The notes under the pieces: generated by a model
What the model saw: the letters and a program-made list of their open reading frames with translations, nothing else
What the model was told of the DNA's origin: nothing
The model's database searches: none
Assembly: GCA_043813605.1 (NCBI GenBank)
Contig: JBDRKX010000094.1
Location: forward strand, 1-28,245
Reading direction: 5' to 3'
Length of the DNA: 28,245 bases
From: Elusimicrobiota bacterium
Lineage (GTDB): Bacteria; CG03; SLGR01; JBDRKX01
Part shown: positions 9,474-18,577 of the stretch, piece by piece
Layout of the letters: every line of letters starts with the position of its first letter
Position numbering within the stretch: position 1 is the stretch's first letter
Made by a program: the position numbers and the translations under genes

Positions 9474-9808
9474 TTAAGAAGATAATAACTGTTTTTTTGA
9501 TGTTCAGTATAGCGGCCTGCGGTTCTATGCCTAAAAAGAACCTTACTACACATAACGGCATTATCGCTGCTCATTTCAATGTAGGAGAAGAAGAAGTGGC
9601 TTCTATTAAGGAAAAAGGATTTGATGAGGATTCCATGTTGAAGATACTTATGATATCCAGGAGTTCATATCATTCTATTCAAGATGTAGTGGATATGATG
9701 GAAGCAGGCGAAACTCCGGAAAAGATAGCGAATGATGCCGGAATAGAAGAAGCAGTCTTTCAGGAACGCATAGAGAGCATAAAAGAGAGTATATCCCTTA
9801 AGTACTGA
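9470..9808 (+). CDS. Small hypothetical lipoprotein
   Basis: Signal with lipobox MIKKIITVFLMFSIAAC. ATGA coupling to the upstream gene. Confidence 0.75.
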   Translation: MIKKIITVFLMFSIAACGSMPKKNLTTHNGIIAAHFNVGEEEVASIKEKGFDEDSMLKILMISRSSYHSIQDVVDMMEAGETPEKIANDAGIEEAVFQERIESIKESISLKY

Positions 9809-11939
9809 TAAGTACTACACAGGCAAGACTCAGTATTCCGATAGCAGGAAGTATATCTATTATTCCCAGTATAGGTACCATTATAATAGTTGCCAGACAG
9901 GCGGCGGAAAACCCTACGAAGACCCTTCGGTAGAGTCTGAGAAATTTATTGGAACCGCTTGTTAGCACAGCGTAACTGCTTGCACAGAGATATTTTATTG
10001 AGCCGAACAGATACGCACCGATGAACGTAAAAACGAATGTGCTTGCAAACAACGGCGGGGCGAGTGTTATCTCGAACAGAGCCGGCAGTATTATCAGGAA
10101 AAATCCTGAAAGAAGCAGGAATATTCTGAGTATTGAAACAAGTGAATGAGTTTTGCGTTTTCTCATCGTGATTACAGCAAAGACAATACCCAGTGAGACT
10201 GCCAGCATTATCATAGAAAAAAACCTGTAAATGCGTCCGCTGGCCGAGTGAAGCGATATTCCCGTATTAAAAAGGAGTACCGTGTAAATAAAGCCAGATA
10301 ACATGATAATGATCTTTATCTTTTCTTCGACCGGTTTTTTTGAAAAGATCTTCAGGAAAAAGAGAGACAAAAGAGTTAGAAAAACATAAAGAACGAGAGA
10401 ACTGGTGTTATCGGTCAAGGCGAGTATGAGATTTGCCGGAGGCCCGAATGTAAAGAGGATCTCACGGAGCGAGTATCTGAATGCTGCCGGTGTACTGTCG
10501 GTATTTAACGGCGCCGTTTCCATATAAAGATTTTTCCTCGCTTCTTCTATCGAGCCGATCTTATACTTGATAAGCGAAGGGGATATATACGGGGGTATAT
10601 CTTTAAGCGCATTAAGGAACTCAGCAAGCGCTTTATATGATGTTGTGAAATTCCTGTTGAATGATGCGAGTATTTGCGGAGGCTGGCCATAGAGCTCCAA
10701 TGTATTCGGAAAAGACCTTAAAAGTGTATTATATACGGTAGCCGATAATATTCTGCTATTTACGCTCAGATCTTCTTCGCCGGTTTTGAGGCGTAATGAT
10801 ATCATGGAGTTATCGCTGAGTATCGAGCATATCTCCTGAAAGAATTCATTCGTATAGTAACGGTTAAAGAAGATATTTGTCGGATCAGGAATAGATATTA
10901 TCACGATATCGAAGATCTTGCCCATACTTAACTTTCTTATGAAACATCGAGGGTCAGATTTTTTTAGTATCCTGACTTTTTCAGGGTAGATGAAATTATG
11001 CGGAGCTATTCTGGTCCCTATATCAATCAGGGAAGGTACAGGATTTGTCCAATAGACATTCTTGACATTAGGGTATTTCAGGATCTCGTTTACTGTATCA
11101 TGCCATCCGCCGATCACCAGTATGCTTTCAGCCCATGGGTACTGCAGCATTGCGGAGTGGACGAATTCCTGTGTACGGCGTTTGTCCGGATACCTTAGAA
11201 CACTGGAATGGTTAACTGTAAAGTTATAAATGCCGTTTTTTCTGTGGATATACACTTCGCCGTACGGCGTTATCTCACTCATTACAAAGGCCGTTTTAAA
11301 TTCTCTTACAAAAGATTTTATCTTTAAGGACAGTTTTTCGGGAAACTGGGAATAGATAAGCAGTCCCAAGCATATTGTCAAAGCGGCATATTTAAACTTG
11401 CCTGATGTTCTGACGGAGAATATAAAGAGTATTATAGAGGCAAGCAGGGAAAAAATGAGCGCTGTATATATAAGTTCAAATTTCCATAAATACATTATGT
11501 CCGCAAAAAAGAAGAGCGCCGAGCCTGTGAAAAATAAACCGGCGTTATTACCTTTTGCGCATAGGTTTCTGGAAAAGACAGTAAAAGCAAAAGCTAGAGG
11601 GGCAAGTATGACTGCCGGATAAACAGTTATTGCATACCACGGAAGTTCGGAAGTAAAGGAAAGCCCGAGAGCTATTTTTTCATGAACAGCCAAGATTGCA
11701 TAAAAAGGCATGTAGAGAGCCGAAAGAGAAAGAGAAAGTTCTAGCAGCAGATCCCTGCTGAAGGTCTTTGCAAGTTTGCGGTATAGTGTATATCCTGCCA
11801 GTATCTCGATAGCAAATATAAAAAATATAATGGGAAGATGAAAAAGCGGGTATTGTGACAGAATAAAAAAGCCGCGGAATATTATTGCTAATTCCGCGGC
11901 TATTAAAGCTCCGAACGTGATAAGTGCGGAGGTTGTCAT
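9798..11939 (-). CDS. Multi-pass membrane protein with a central spermidine-synthase-like class I SAM-binding domain
   Basis: Hydrophobic helices at both ends. Central motifs TPYGEV, EFVHSAM, ILVIGG, DPRCFI, FDIVII..PDP and NRYYTNEFF. Confidence 0.82.
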   Translation of the reverse strand: MTTSALITFGALIAAELAIIFRGFFILSQYPLFHLPIIFFIFAIEILAGYTLYRKLAKTFSRDLLLELSLSLSALYMPFYAILAVHEKIALGLSFTSELPWYAITVYPAVILAPLAFAFTVFSRNLCAKGNNAGLFFTGSALFFFADIMYLWKFELIYTALIFSLLASIILFIFSVRTSGKFKYAALTICLGLLIYSQFPEKLSLKIKSFVREFKTAFVMSEITPYGEVYIHRKNGIYNFTVNHSSVLRYPDKRRTQEFVHSAMLQYPWAESILVIGGWHDTVNEILKYPNVKNVYWTNPVPSLIDIGTRIAPHNFIYPEKVRILKKSDPRCFIRKLSMGKIFDIVIISIPDPTNIFFNRYYTNEFFQEICSILSDNSMISLRLKTGEEDLSVNSRILSATVYNTLLRSFPNTLELYGQPPQILASFNRNFTTSYKALAEFLNALKDIPPYISPSLIKYKIGSIEEARKNLYMETAPLNTDSTPAAFRYSLREILFTFGPPANLILALTDNTSSLVLYVFLTLLSLFFLKIFSKKPVEEKIKIIIMLSGFIYTVLLFNTGISLHSASGRIYRFFSMIMLAVSLGIVFAVITMRKRKTHSLVSILRIFLLLSGFFLIILPALFEITLAPPLFASTFVFTFIGAYLFGSIKYLCASSYAVLTSGSNKFLRLYRRVFVGFSAACLATIIMVPILGIIDILPAIGILSLACVVLIST

Positions 11940-11957
11940 TCTGAACAGTATACCTTT

Positions 11958-12146
11958 TTATTCCATCGTTATGGCAGACAGCGGGCATACTTCTTCGCAA
12001 GTGCCGCATCCTGTGCAGTCAGCTGGTCTGGCCAGCACCGATACATCGTCAACCATATCAAGACAATTTGTAGGACATTCTTCAACACAAATGGTACAGC
12101 CTGTACATGTGTCCTTATCGATTACCGGTTTTTCATCATCAGACAT
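11958..12146 (-). CDS. 2[4Fe-4S] ferredoxin
   Basis: Two CxxCxxCxxxCP motifs. A GGAGG RBS lies upstream on the minus strand. Confidence 0.95.
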   Translation of the reverse strand: MSDDEKPVIDKDTCTGCTICVEECPTNCLDMVDDVSVLARPADCTGCGTCEEVCPLSAITME

Positions 12147-12248
12147 TTTATTCCCTCCCTTTTTTCATCATGTTATCCTGCAGGTTTAAAAATAATTTCT
12201 TTTGTATAGCAAATTTTATAGATTTTTTCAAATAAACCGAGACAGAAC

Positions 12249-12276
12249 TTTACCTTACAATATTATTTGCTATAAT
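12249..12276 (+). promoter_or_regulatory. Candidate sigma70 promoter for the SPFH-hflX-der operon
   Basis: TTTACC-N16-TATAAT with an extended -10 (TGcTATAAT, 12268-12276). Confidence 0.55.
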
Positions 12277-12398
12277 AGTTGAAAATGTCTGACCGGATTA
12301 TCATGTATAACTTACAGTTCGTGTCGGGCGGTTGCAGTGCAAGGTTATACCGGAGAGAGGATCCCGGTTAAAATAATGATTTTTAAAGGAGTAATACT

Positions 12399-13370
12399 AT
12401 GGGTGCAATAATTTTATTGGTAATCATTGTTATTGCGGTTATCCTGTTCAATTCAATGATGCAGTCAACGGGTAAGAAGCCGGATCATTCGGAGAAAGTG
12501 TTGGAAATTGACGGCGGCGATATAAAGAAAAAGGTGCGGCTGGCAATTCTGGCCGGAATTGTCCTTATTGCGTTAATAACAGTTATCCGGGGTATAGTGA
12601 TCGTATCAGCCGGACAGAGGGCTGTCGTTTTTAACATATTCAAGGGAGTGCTCGACAATGAGCTGGATGAAGGACTTCATATCATACTGCCTTATATAAA
12701 TAAGACGACTGCATATGATGTGAGAATACAGGAATACACCATGTCCAGTATGCAGGGAGAGGGCCGTTTAAGTGCGCCGGACGGACTCTGGTCCCCGACA
12801 AAGGAGGGATTACAGGTGGGTATAGATCTTACGGTATGGTATAGACTGGACCCGCTAAAAGTTGCAGAGCTGCACCAGACAATAGGCCCTGCATATGAAT
12901 CAAAGATAATAAGGCCGGCAGTCCGTTCAACAGTAAGGCACAGCATTTCCGAATTCGCGATAATGGAAGTGTATTCCAAAAGCAGAAAGGAAATAGAACA
13001 GAACATCGAGACCAGTCTGAGAGAACAGCTGGCAAAGGAGTTCATAATCGTGGACGGCGTAAAACTGAGAGATGTTAAATTTACAGACAAGTTTGCAGCT
13101 TCAATTGAACAGAAACAGGTAGCGCAGCAGGAAATGGAAAGATGGGAGTATGTCAAGAAACAGCGGGAAAAGGAAGCTGATGCCAGGATAATCGAAGCAA
13201 CGGGAAAGGCAGAAGCCATGAGGATAATATCCGACCAGTTAAGAAAAAATCCGGACATAATAAAATATAATTATGTGGAAAAACTGTCTGATAATATCGA
13301 GGTTATCGTAACCGATCAGGCTACGATCATGGATATGAAAGGTATTCTTGACAGGAAAGACAAGAAATAG
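12399..13370 (+). CDS. SPFH/prohibitin (band 7) family membrane protein
   Basis: Two N-terminal TM helices, EGLHIILPY, TKEGLQVGIDLTVWY and a coiled coil starting AASIEQKQVAQQE. RBS AAGGAG. Confidence 0.92.
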   Translation: MGAIILLVIIVIAVILFNSMMQSTGKKPDHSEKVLEIDGGDIKKKVRLAILAGIVLIALITVIRGIVIVSAGQRAVVFNIFKGVLDNELDEGLHIILPYINKTTAYDVRIQEYTMSSMQGEGRLSAPDGLWSPTKEGLQVGIDLTVWYRLDPLKVAELHQTIGPAYESKIIRPAVRSTVRHSISEFAIMEVYSKSRKEIEQNIETSLREQLAKEFIIVDGVKLRDVKFTDKFAASIEQKQVAQQEMERWEYVKKQREKEADARIIEATGKAEAMRIISDQLRKNPDIIKYNYVEKLSDNIEVIVTDQATIMDMKGILDRKDKK

Positions 13371-13384
13371 AGATTAATACAGGT

Positions 13385-14638
13385 TTGTGGGATTTAACAG
13401 ATACTAAACAAAAAAAAGGCGTTCTGATAGGCCTTGACACAGGAAAGGGCAAGGTAACCGCAGAAGAAAGCCTGGCCGAACTCCATCAGCTTGCAGAAAC
13501 CGCCGGTATAGTTATCGAAGGAAAATTTATCCAGAAAAGAAAACTGCCCCATGTGGCTCATTATCTGGGTAAAGGAAAGCTGGCAGAACTCAAGAGTTTT
13601 GTGATTTCCGGCGGTCTGAAACTGGTTATAGTAGATGATGAACTGACTCCTACTCAGGAAAGGAATCTTGAAGAGGAACTTCGCTGCAAAGTCATAGACC
13701 GTACGAGGCTCATACTGGATATTTTTGCCATGCATGCGTCTTCCAGTGTCGGAAAACTCCAGGTAGAGCTTGCCCAAATGGAATATTACCTGCCGCGTCT
13801 CAAGAATATATGGACAGAGTTTTCCCGGTTGGGTGGCGGTATAGGAACAAGAGGTCCCGGTGAAAAGAAGATAGAAGTAGACCGTCGGATAATAAGCGAT
13901 AATATCACTGCAATAAGAAAAAAACTGCAGAAGATCATAAGCCAGCGGCGGGGTAGAAGAATGCAAAGGCAGAAATCTAACAAAAGAAATATATGTATCG
14001 TAGGGTATACAAATTCAGGGAAGTCGACTCTTATGAATCATCTCAGCGGTGCACAGGTAGAGGTCGCAGATAAACTGTTTGCTACACTTTCCCCGACAAC
14101 AAGGAAGTTTACATGCGGGAAACACGATGTGCTCCTGTCCGATACTGTAGGATTCATAAGGAAACTGCCGCACCAGCTTGTGGAAGCTTTTATGGCCACA
14201 CTTGAACAGGTGAAAGAAGCGGATCTCCTGCTGCATATTGTCGATATTTCTTCTGAGAACTACAGGCATCAGATAGAAGCGGTAAACATAGTACTGGGAG
14301 AGCTGAAAGCCATGGATATACCGGTTTTGAGGGTTTACAATAAAGTAGACAGGCTGCCGGATGGTCTTGAGTATTCTGACGAAAACCAGCCGGGTGTATA
14401 TATCTCTGCACTTAAAAATATCGGTCTGGATAAATTAAAGTGCAGACTTGAAGAAATGCTGGACGAATTTGTATTTGAAGTTACTTTGAAAATACCCCAG
14501 TCAAAACATGATGTAGTCGGATTCATATACAGGAATGCTCATGTAGCTGAATGTTCCTATGATGAAAAGGATGTGATAATGAAATGCTGCATAAGCAGGA
14601 ATATGATTTCTGCCTGCAGGGAGTATATAGTGGAATGA
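13385..14638 (+). CDS. hflX: Ribosome-splitting GTPase HflX
   Basis: Motifs LILDIFA, GIGTRGPGE, GYTNSGKST, DKLFATL, DTVGFI and NKVD. Confidence 0.97.
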   Translation: MWDLTDTKQKKGVLIGLDTGKGKVTAEESLAELHQLAETAGIVIEGKFIQKRKLPHVAHYLGKGKLAELKSFVISGGLKLVIVDDELTPTQERNLEEELRCKVIDRTRLILDIFAMHASSSVGKLQVELAQMEYYLPRLKNIWTEFSRLGGGIGTRGPGEKKIEVDRRIISDNITAIRKKLQKIISQRRGRRMQRQKSNKRNICIVGYTNSGKSTLMNHLSGAQVEVADKLFATLSPTTRKFTCGKHDVLLSDTVGFIRKLPHQLVEAFMATLEQVKEADLLLHIVDISSENYRHQIEAVNIVLGELKAMDIPVLRVYNKVDRLPDGLEYSDENQPGVYISALKNIGLDKLKCRLEEMLDEFVFEVTLKIPQSKHDVVGFIYRNAHVAECSYDEKDVIMKCCISRNMISACREYIVE

Positions 14639-15984
14639 CAAAGACAATAGCTATCGTAGGAAGACCCAATGTAGGGAAATCCACGCTTTTCAATACGCTG
14701 ATTAACCGCAAAGAAGCGCTTACTTCACCGAATCCGGGATTAACGAGAGACAGGACATATTCCTTTTTTTCACCGGAAGGCAAGAACAGGTATCTTCTTA
14801 TAGACACTGGCGGCCTTATACTCGGGGCGGAAAGACCTATAGATGAAAAAGTCAATATGCAGGTGGATATAGCTATTGAAGAATCCGATCTGCTCCTTTT
14901 TGTAGTTGATACTAAGGACGGCCCCGTGCCCCTTGATGAAAAGATTGCCGACAAGCTGAGAAAAATATCCAAACCGGTGCTGCTTGTAGCTAATAAATCC
15001 GATTCTCCGAAATATGATATGCATTCGAGTGAGTTCTTCGGGTTGAGTTTGGGTGAACCTTTAGCTGTATCGGCCAAAGAGAAAAGAAATATCACAGGTA
15101 TAATAGAAAGAATATTAACAATGCTTCCGGATTCAGAAGAGGATACTGATGATGAAGACCGTCTCAGGCTGTGTATAACCGGCCGGCCGAATGTAGGCAA
15201 ATCAACATTAATGAACAGTCTGGCCGGAGAGAACCGGGTTATAGTTGACGATGAGCCTGGGACGACGAGGAATCCTGCAAAATGCTATATCAATATCGAC
15301 GGGTGTGACTGGGAAGTTATAGACCTTGCTGGAATATGGAGGAAAAAAAGAGGCAAGGAGATAGAAGAAGTGCTTGGAATGATAGCTGCCCTTAAGGAGA
15401 TCGAGCGGGCTAACGCATGTATATTCATGCTCGACCTCAGTAAACCGCTTTCTACCGGAGACAGCCGTATAGCCGGCTGGATAGTAGAAAAGGCGACGCC
15501 GGTGGTGATTGCGGGAAATAAAATGGACCTTATAGATATCAGCAGAGAGAAGACTGAGGCATATTATGATGCTCTTATAGAAAAGATGCCTTTTATGGGT
15601 TTTGCCCCTTTTGTGATGATATCCGCTTCGGACGGTACCGGCATAAAAAAACTAAAGAACGAACTCGGCAGAATAAAGAATAATACATTTAAGCAGATAG
15701 ACCAGGAAGAACTCGATATATGCCTGGAAAAGATCATAGCCCATCGCCCGCCGCCTAAAGCGGCTAATATCAGGCCAATTGTTTTAAAACTATATCAGAA
15801 AGGAGTTAACCCTCCTGTTTTCAGGCTGGTTATCAATCATTACAGACTTGACAAAATTCCGCAACATTGGAAGAATTATGTAAGAAATACCATTGCAAAG
15901 GAATTTAATTATTACGGAGTCCCGGTAACAGTACAGCTTAAAAAACATATAAGCAGCAGGAACAGGAGAAGAAAAGTTAGATGA
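14635..15984 (+). CDS. der: Ribosome biogenesis GTPase Der (EngA)
   Basis: Two tandem G domains (GRPNVGKST twice) and a C-terminal KH-like domain (NPPVF). ATG 14635 overlaps the hflX stop. Confidence 0.96.
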   Translation: MTKTIAIVGRPNVGKSTLFNTLINRKEALTSPNPGLTRDRTYSFFSPEGKNRYLLIDTGGLILGAERPIDEKVNMQVDIAIEESDLLLFVVDTKDGPVPLDEKIADKLRKISKPVLLVANKSDSPKYDMHSSEFFGLSLGEPLAVSAKEKRNITGIIERILTMLPDSEEDTDDEDRLRLCITGRPNVGKSTLMNSLAGENRVIVDDEPGTTRNPAKCYINIDGCDWEVIDLAGIWRKKRGKEIEEVLGMIAALKEIERANACIFMLDLSKPLSTGDSRIAGWIVEKATPVVIAGNKMDLIDISREKTEAYYDALIEKMPFMGFAPFVMISASDGTGIKKLKNELGRIKNNTFKQIDQEELDICLEKIIAHRPPPKAANIRPIVLKLYQKGVNPPVFRLVINHYRLDKIPQHWKNYVRNTIAKEFNYYGVPVTVQLKKHISSRNRRRKVR

Positions 15985-16571
15985 GTTATTTTAACCTGGC
16001 GGTTTCCAGCATACTGGCATTTCTAATTGGTGCTATACCTTTTGCTTATCTAATAACCAAGGTCATTGGCAAAAAAGATATCAGGGAGATCGGAAGCGGG
16101 AATCCCGGTGCCACCAATGTTGTCCGGGCAATGAACCGCTGGTATGGATTGCTTGTCATGATTCTTGATACGCTAAAAGGAGTCGTCCCTGTTTATATCG
16201 CAAAACAATACAGCAGCAGTGATCCGGTCTTCATATCTTTTATAGCTGTTTCGGTAGTGCTGGGACATGATTTTTCTCCTTATCTCCGGTTTAAAGGCGG
16301 AAAAGGCGTGGCAACCAGTTTCGGAGTATTCCTTGTTATTGCTCCTTTGCCGGTTTTGTGTGTGCTCATGGTATTCACATTGGTCACATGTGTCTTCAAA
16401 TTTGTGTCATTTGGTTCTGTCCTGGCATCTATTATGTATCCTTTTTTTGCGTATTTTATGGGTAATACCCAGTTCGTATGGCTGGCGATTATACTGGGCA
16501 CCTTGATAATATTCAGGCATAAAGAGAACCTCAAGAGGTTATTGATTGGCAAAGAAAAAAAATCGGTTTAA
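15981..16571 (+). CDS. plsY: Glycerol-3-phosphate acyltransferase PlsY
   Basis: Motifs GSGNPGATN, FKGGKGVAT and RHKENLKRL. Confidence 0.97.
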   Translation: MSYFNLAVSSILAFLIGAIPFAYLITKVIGKKDIREIGSGNPGATNVVRAMNRWYGLLVMILDTLKGVVPVYIAKQYSSSDPVFISFIAVSVVLGHDFSPYLRFKGGKGVATSFGVFLVIAPLPVLCVLMVFTLVTCVFKFVSFGSVLASIMYPFFAYFMGNTQFVWLAIILGTLIIFRHKENLKRLLIGKEKKSV

Positions 16572-17565
16572 TATCACGGTACTTGGAGCCGGGAGCTGGG
16601 GTATAACGCTGGCTGATCTGCTCTACAATAACGGGAACAGCATAACGCTATGGGAGTTTGACAGGAGACAGGCCGAAAAACTTAAGAAAAAACGTTCGTT
16701 CATATCACTGAAGAACTACAGTATTCCGGATAAAATAAAGATAACAGATTCCCTTGAGGAGGCAGTTTCCGGTTCGGATTGTCTTGTCGTTTCGTTACCC
16801 ACAGTAGCAGTGAAGCATGTTGCATCGCGCCTTTCAAAACTAGGGATAAGACAGGGTATGCCGGTAATCAGTACGGTAAAGGGTATTGAAGGTATAACAC
16901 TGGAGACCCCGTCACGTATACTGCGGCATTACCTTGGAAACAAGGTGCATATTGCCGTATTGTCAGGTCCTAGTCATGCAGAGGAAGTAATAAAGAAAGA
17001 GCCGACAGCCGTTGTAATAGCATCAGTGAACCCAAAAACAACCATGGAACTGCAGAGCATTTTTTCCAGTATTTATTTCAGAGTATATACTTCATCAGAT
17101 CTGAGGGGCGTTGAGCTCGGCGGTGCTTTAAAAAATGTTATAGCGATAGCATCAGGAATATGCAGCGGGCTTGGACTTGGAGATAATACGCGTGCGGCAC
17201 TGATCACAAGAGGGAATGCCGAAATAATGAGGCTTGGTATCAAACTCGGTGCAAAAAAAGTCACTTTCAGCGGTTTATCCGGGATAGGAGACCTGATTGT
17301 TACGTGTTTTTCAGAACATTCCAGGAACTTCAGATTCGGTAAATATCTGGGCTCAGGATATACTGTTCAGGAGGCCAGAGATAAAGTAATGACTACCGTT
17401 GAAGGTATAAATACATCAAAAAGCTGTTACAGGTTGTCTAAAAGGTATAATGTGCAGATGCCTGTATGTAATATAGTCTATCAAATGCTTTTTAGAGGTA
17501 AAGAGCCTTCTGTGGCTTTGAAAGAGCTTATGCTCAGGCCGTTAAAGAGTGAGAATATCCTGTGA
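16546..17565 (+). CDS. gpsA: NAD(P)H-dependent glycerol-3-phosphate dehydrogenase
   Basis: Motifs GAGSWG, LSGPSHAEEV, GGALKNVIAIA and GIGDLIVTC..HSRN. Standard der-plsY-gpsA order. Confidence 0.97.
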   Translation: MAKKKNRFNITVLGAGSWGITLADLLYNNGNSITLWEFDRRQAEKLKKKRSFISLKNYSIPDKIKITDSLEEAVSGSDCLVVSLPTVAVKHVASRLSKLGIRQGMPVISTVKGIEGITLETPSRILRHYLGNKVHIAVLSGPSHAEEVIKKEPTAVVIASVNPKTTMELQSIFSSIYFRVYTSSDLRGVELGGALKNVIAIASGICSGLGLGDNTRAALITRGNAEIMRLGIKLGAKKVTFSGLSGIGDLIVTCFSEHSRNFRFGKYLGSGYTVQEARDKVMTTVEGINTSKSCYRLSKRYNVQMPVCNIVYQMLFRGKEPSVALKELMLRPLKSENIL

Positions 17566-17622
17566 GAACAGCCCGGCTGTTTCGGTAAGAGATTTCGGAA
17601 GGAAAATTAGGGAGGAAAATTA

Positions 17623-17889
17623 ATGAATAAAAATGATATAATAGAAAGTGTATCTGCGGTAACCTGTGCTAAAACAGAAGCTAAGGAATCAGTGGAGATG
17701 TTCATAAATACTATTAAAGAAGCATTGAAAAATGGTGAACGTGTTACAATATCGGATTTTGGCACATTCTATGTTAAATTCAGAAAAGCCCGTAAAGGGA
17801 GAAATCCAAGAACAGGTGAAGTGATTGACATACCTCCGCAAAAAGTAGTAAAATTTACACCGGCACCAAAAATGAACAGCGGACTTTAA
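17623..17889 (+). CDS. HU/IHF family DNA-binding protein
   Basis: Motifs MNKNDII, FGTF, ARKGRNPRTGE and VVKF. Confidence 0.95.
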   Translation: MNKNDIIESVSAVTCAKTEAKESVEMFINTIKEALKNGERVTISDFGTFYVKFRKARKGRNPRTGEVIDIPPQKVVKFTPAPKMNSGL

Positions 17890-17899
17890 CTGGAAATTC

Positions 17900-18250
17900 A
17901 TGAATAAAAAATATCTTACAATAAGCGAAGTATCAAATGTGACGAGCATACCGCCCCACACATTAAGATACTGGGAATCCGAGTTTAAACTTCTGCGGCC
18001 GATGCGCAGATTGAGCGGGCAGAGACGTTATACTCAGAATGATGTTCATACAATAGAGAAGATAAAAACACTCCTTTATGAAAAGAAATACAGTATAGCA
18101 GGCGCAAAAAAAAGACTGACTCAAGAAAAAAAATTGATAGGGCAGCAGCAGGAACTCCCGCTTACGACATCGGATACAGCGCTAAAAGTGCTGAAAAAAG
18201 TAAAAGAAGATCTTTTAAAAATTAAAGAACAGCTCGGAAAAGAGATTTGA
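17900..18250 (+). CDS. MerR-family HTH regulator
   Basis: Motifs TISEVS, HTLRYWESEF and GQRRY. The IHF-MerR-tRNA-Pro neighbourhood is typical. Confidence 0.92.
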   Translation: MNKKYLTISEVSNVTSIPPHTLRYWESEFKLLRPMRRLSGQRRYTQNDVHTIEKIKTLLYEKKYSIAGAKKRLTQEKKLIGQQQELPLTTSDTALKVLKKVKEDLLKIKEQLGKEI

Positions 18251-18255
18251 CCGAA

Positions 18256-18330
<75 letters not shown>

Positions 18331-18335
18331 TAACC

Positions 18336-18375
18336 AGCTGTAAGCTGTAAGCAAGAAAGCTTATAGTTTAAAGCT
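18336..18375. repeat. Heptamer-based imperfect inverted repeat between two tRNAs
   Basis: AGCTGTAAGCTGTAAGC-aagaaa-GCTTATAGTTTAAAGCT forms a 17-bp stem with one mismatch and two G-U pairs. Confidence 0.7.
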
Positions 18376-18392
18376 TGGGACTTTTATTGTGT

Positions 18393-18469
18393 CGGGATGT
18401 AGCGCAGTCTGGTAGCGCACTCGTCTGGGGGGCGAGTGGCCGCCGGTTCAAATCCGGCCATCCCGACCA
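18393..18469 (+). tRNA. tRNA-Pro (anticodon GGG)
   Basis: Acceptor CGGGATG/CATCCCG, anticodon arm CTCGT-CTGGGGG-GCGAG, T-loop TTCAAAT, 3' end ACCA. Confidence 0.97.
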
Positions 18470-18577
18470 TAATCGCGTTGGGTTCATAGCAAGCCCAAGG
18501 AAGTATCAAGGGATAATCCGGCGGCGTAAAAGGTTCGGAAAAAAGATTTTTCCGGCCGCCCATAAAAAGGAGATAAA

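Noticed and set aside
12399..14638. hflK/hflC assignment for the SPFH gene beside hflX
   Set aside because: There is only one SPFH gene and its motifs look prohibitin-like, so no symbol was assigned.
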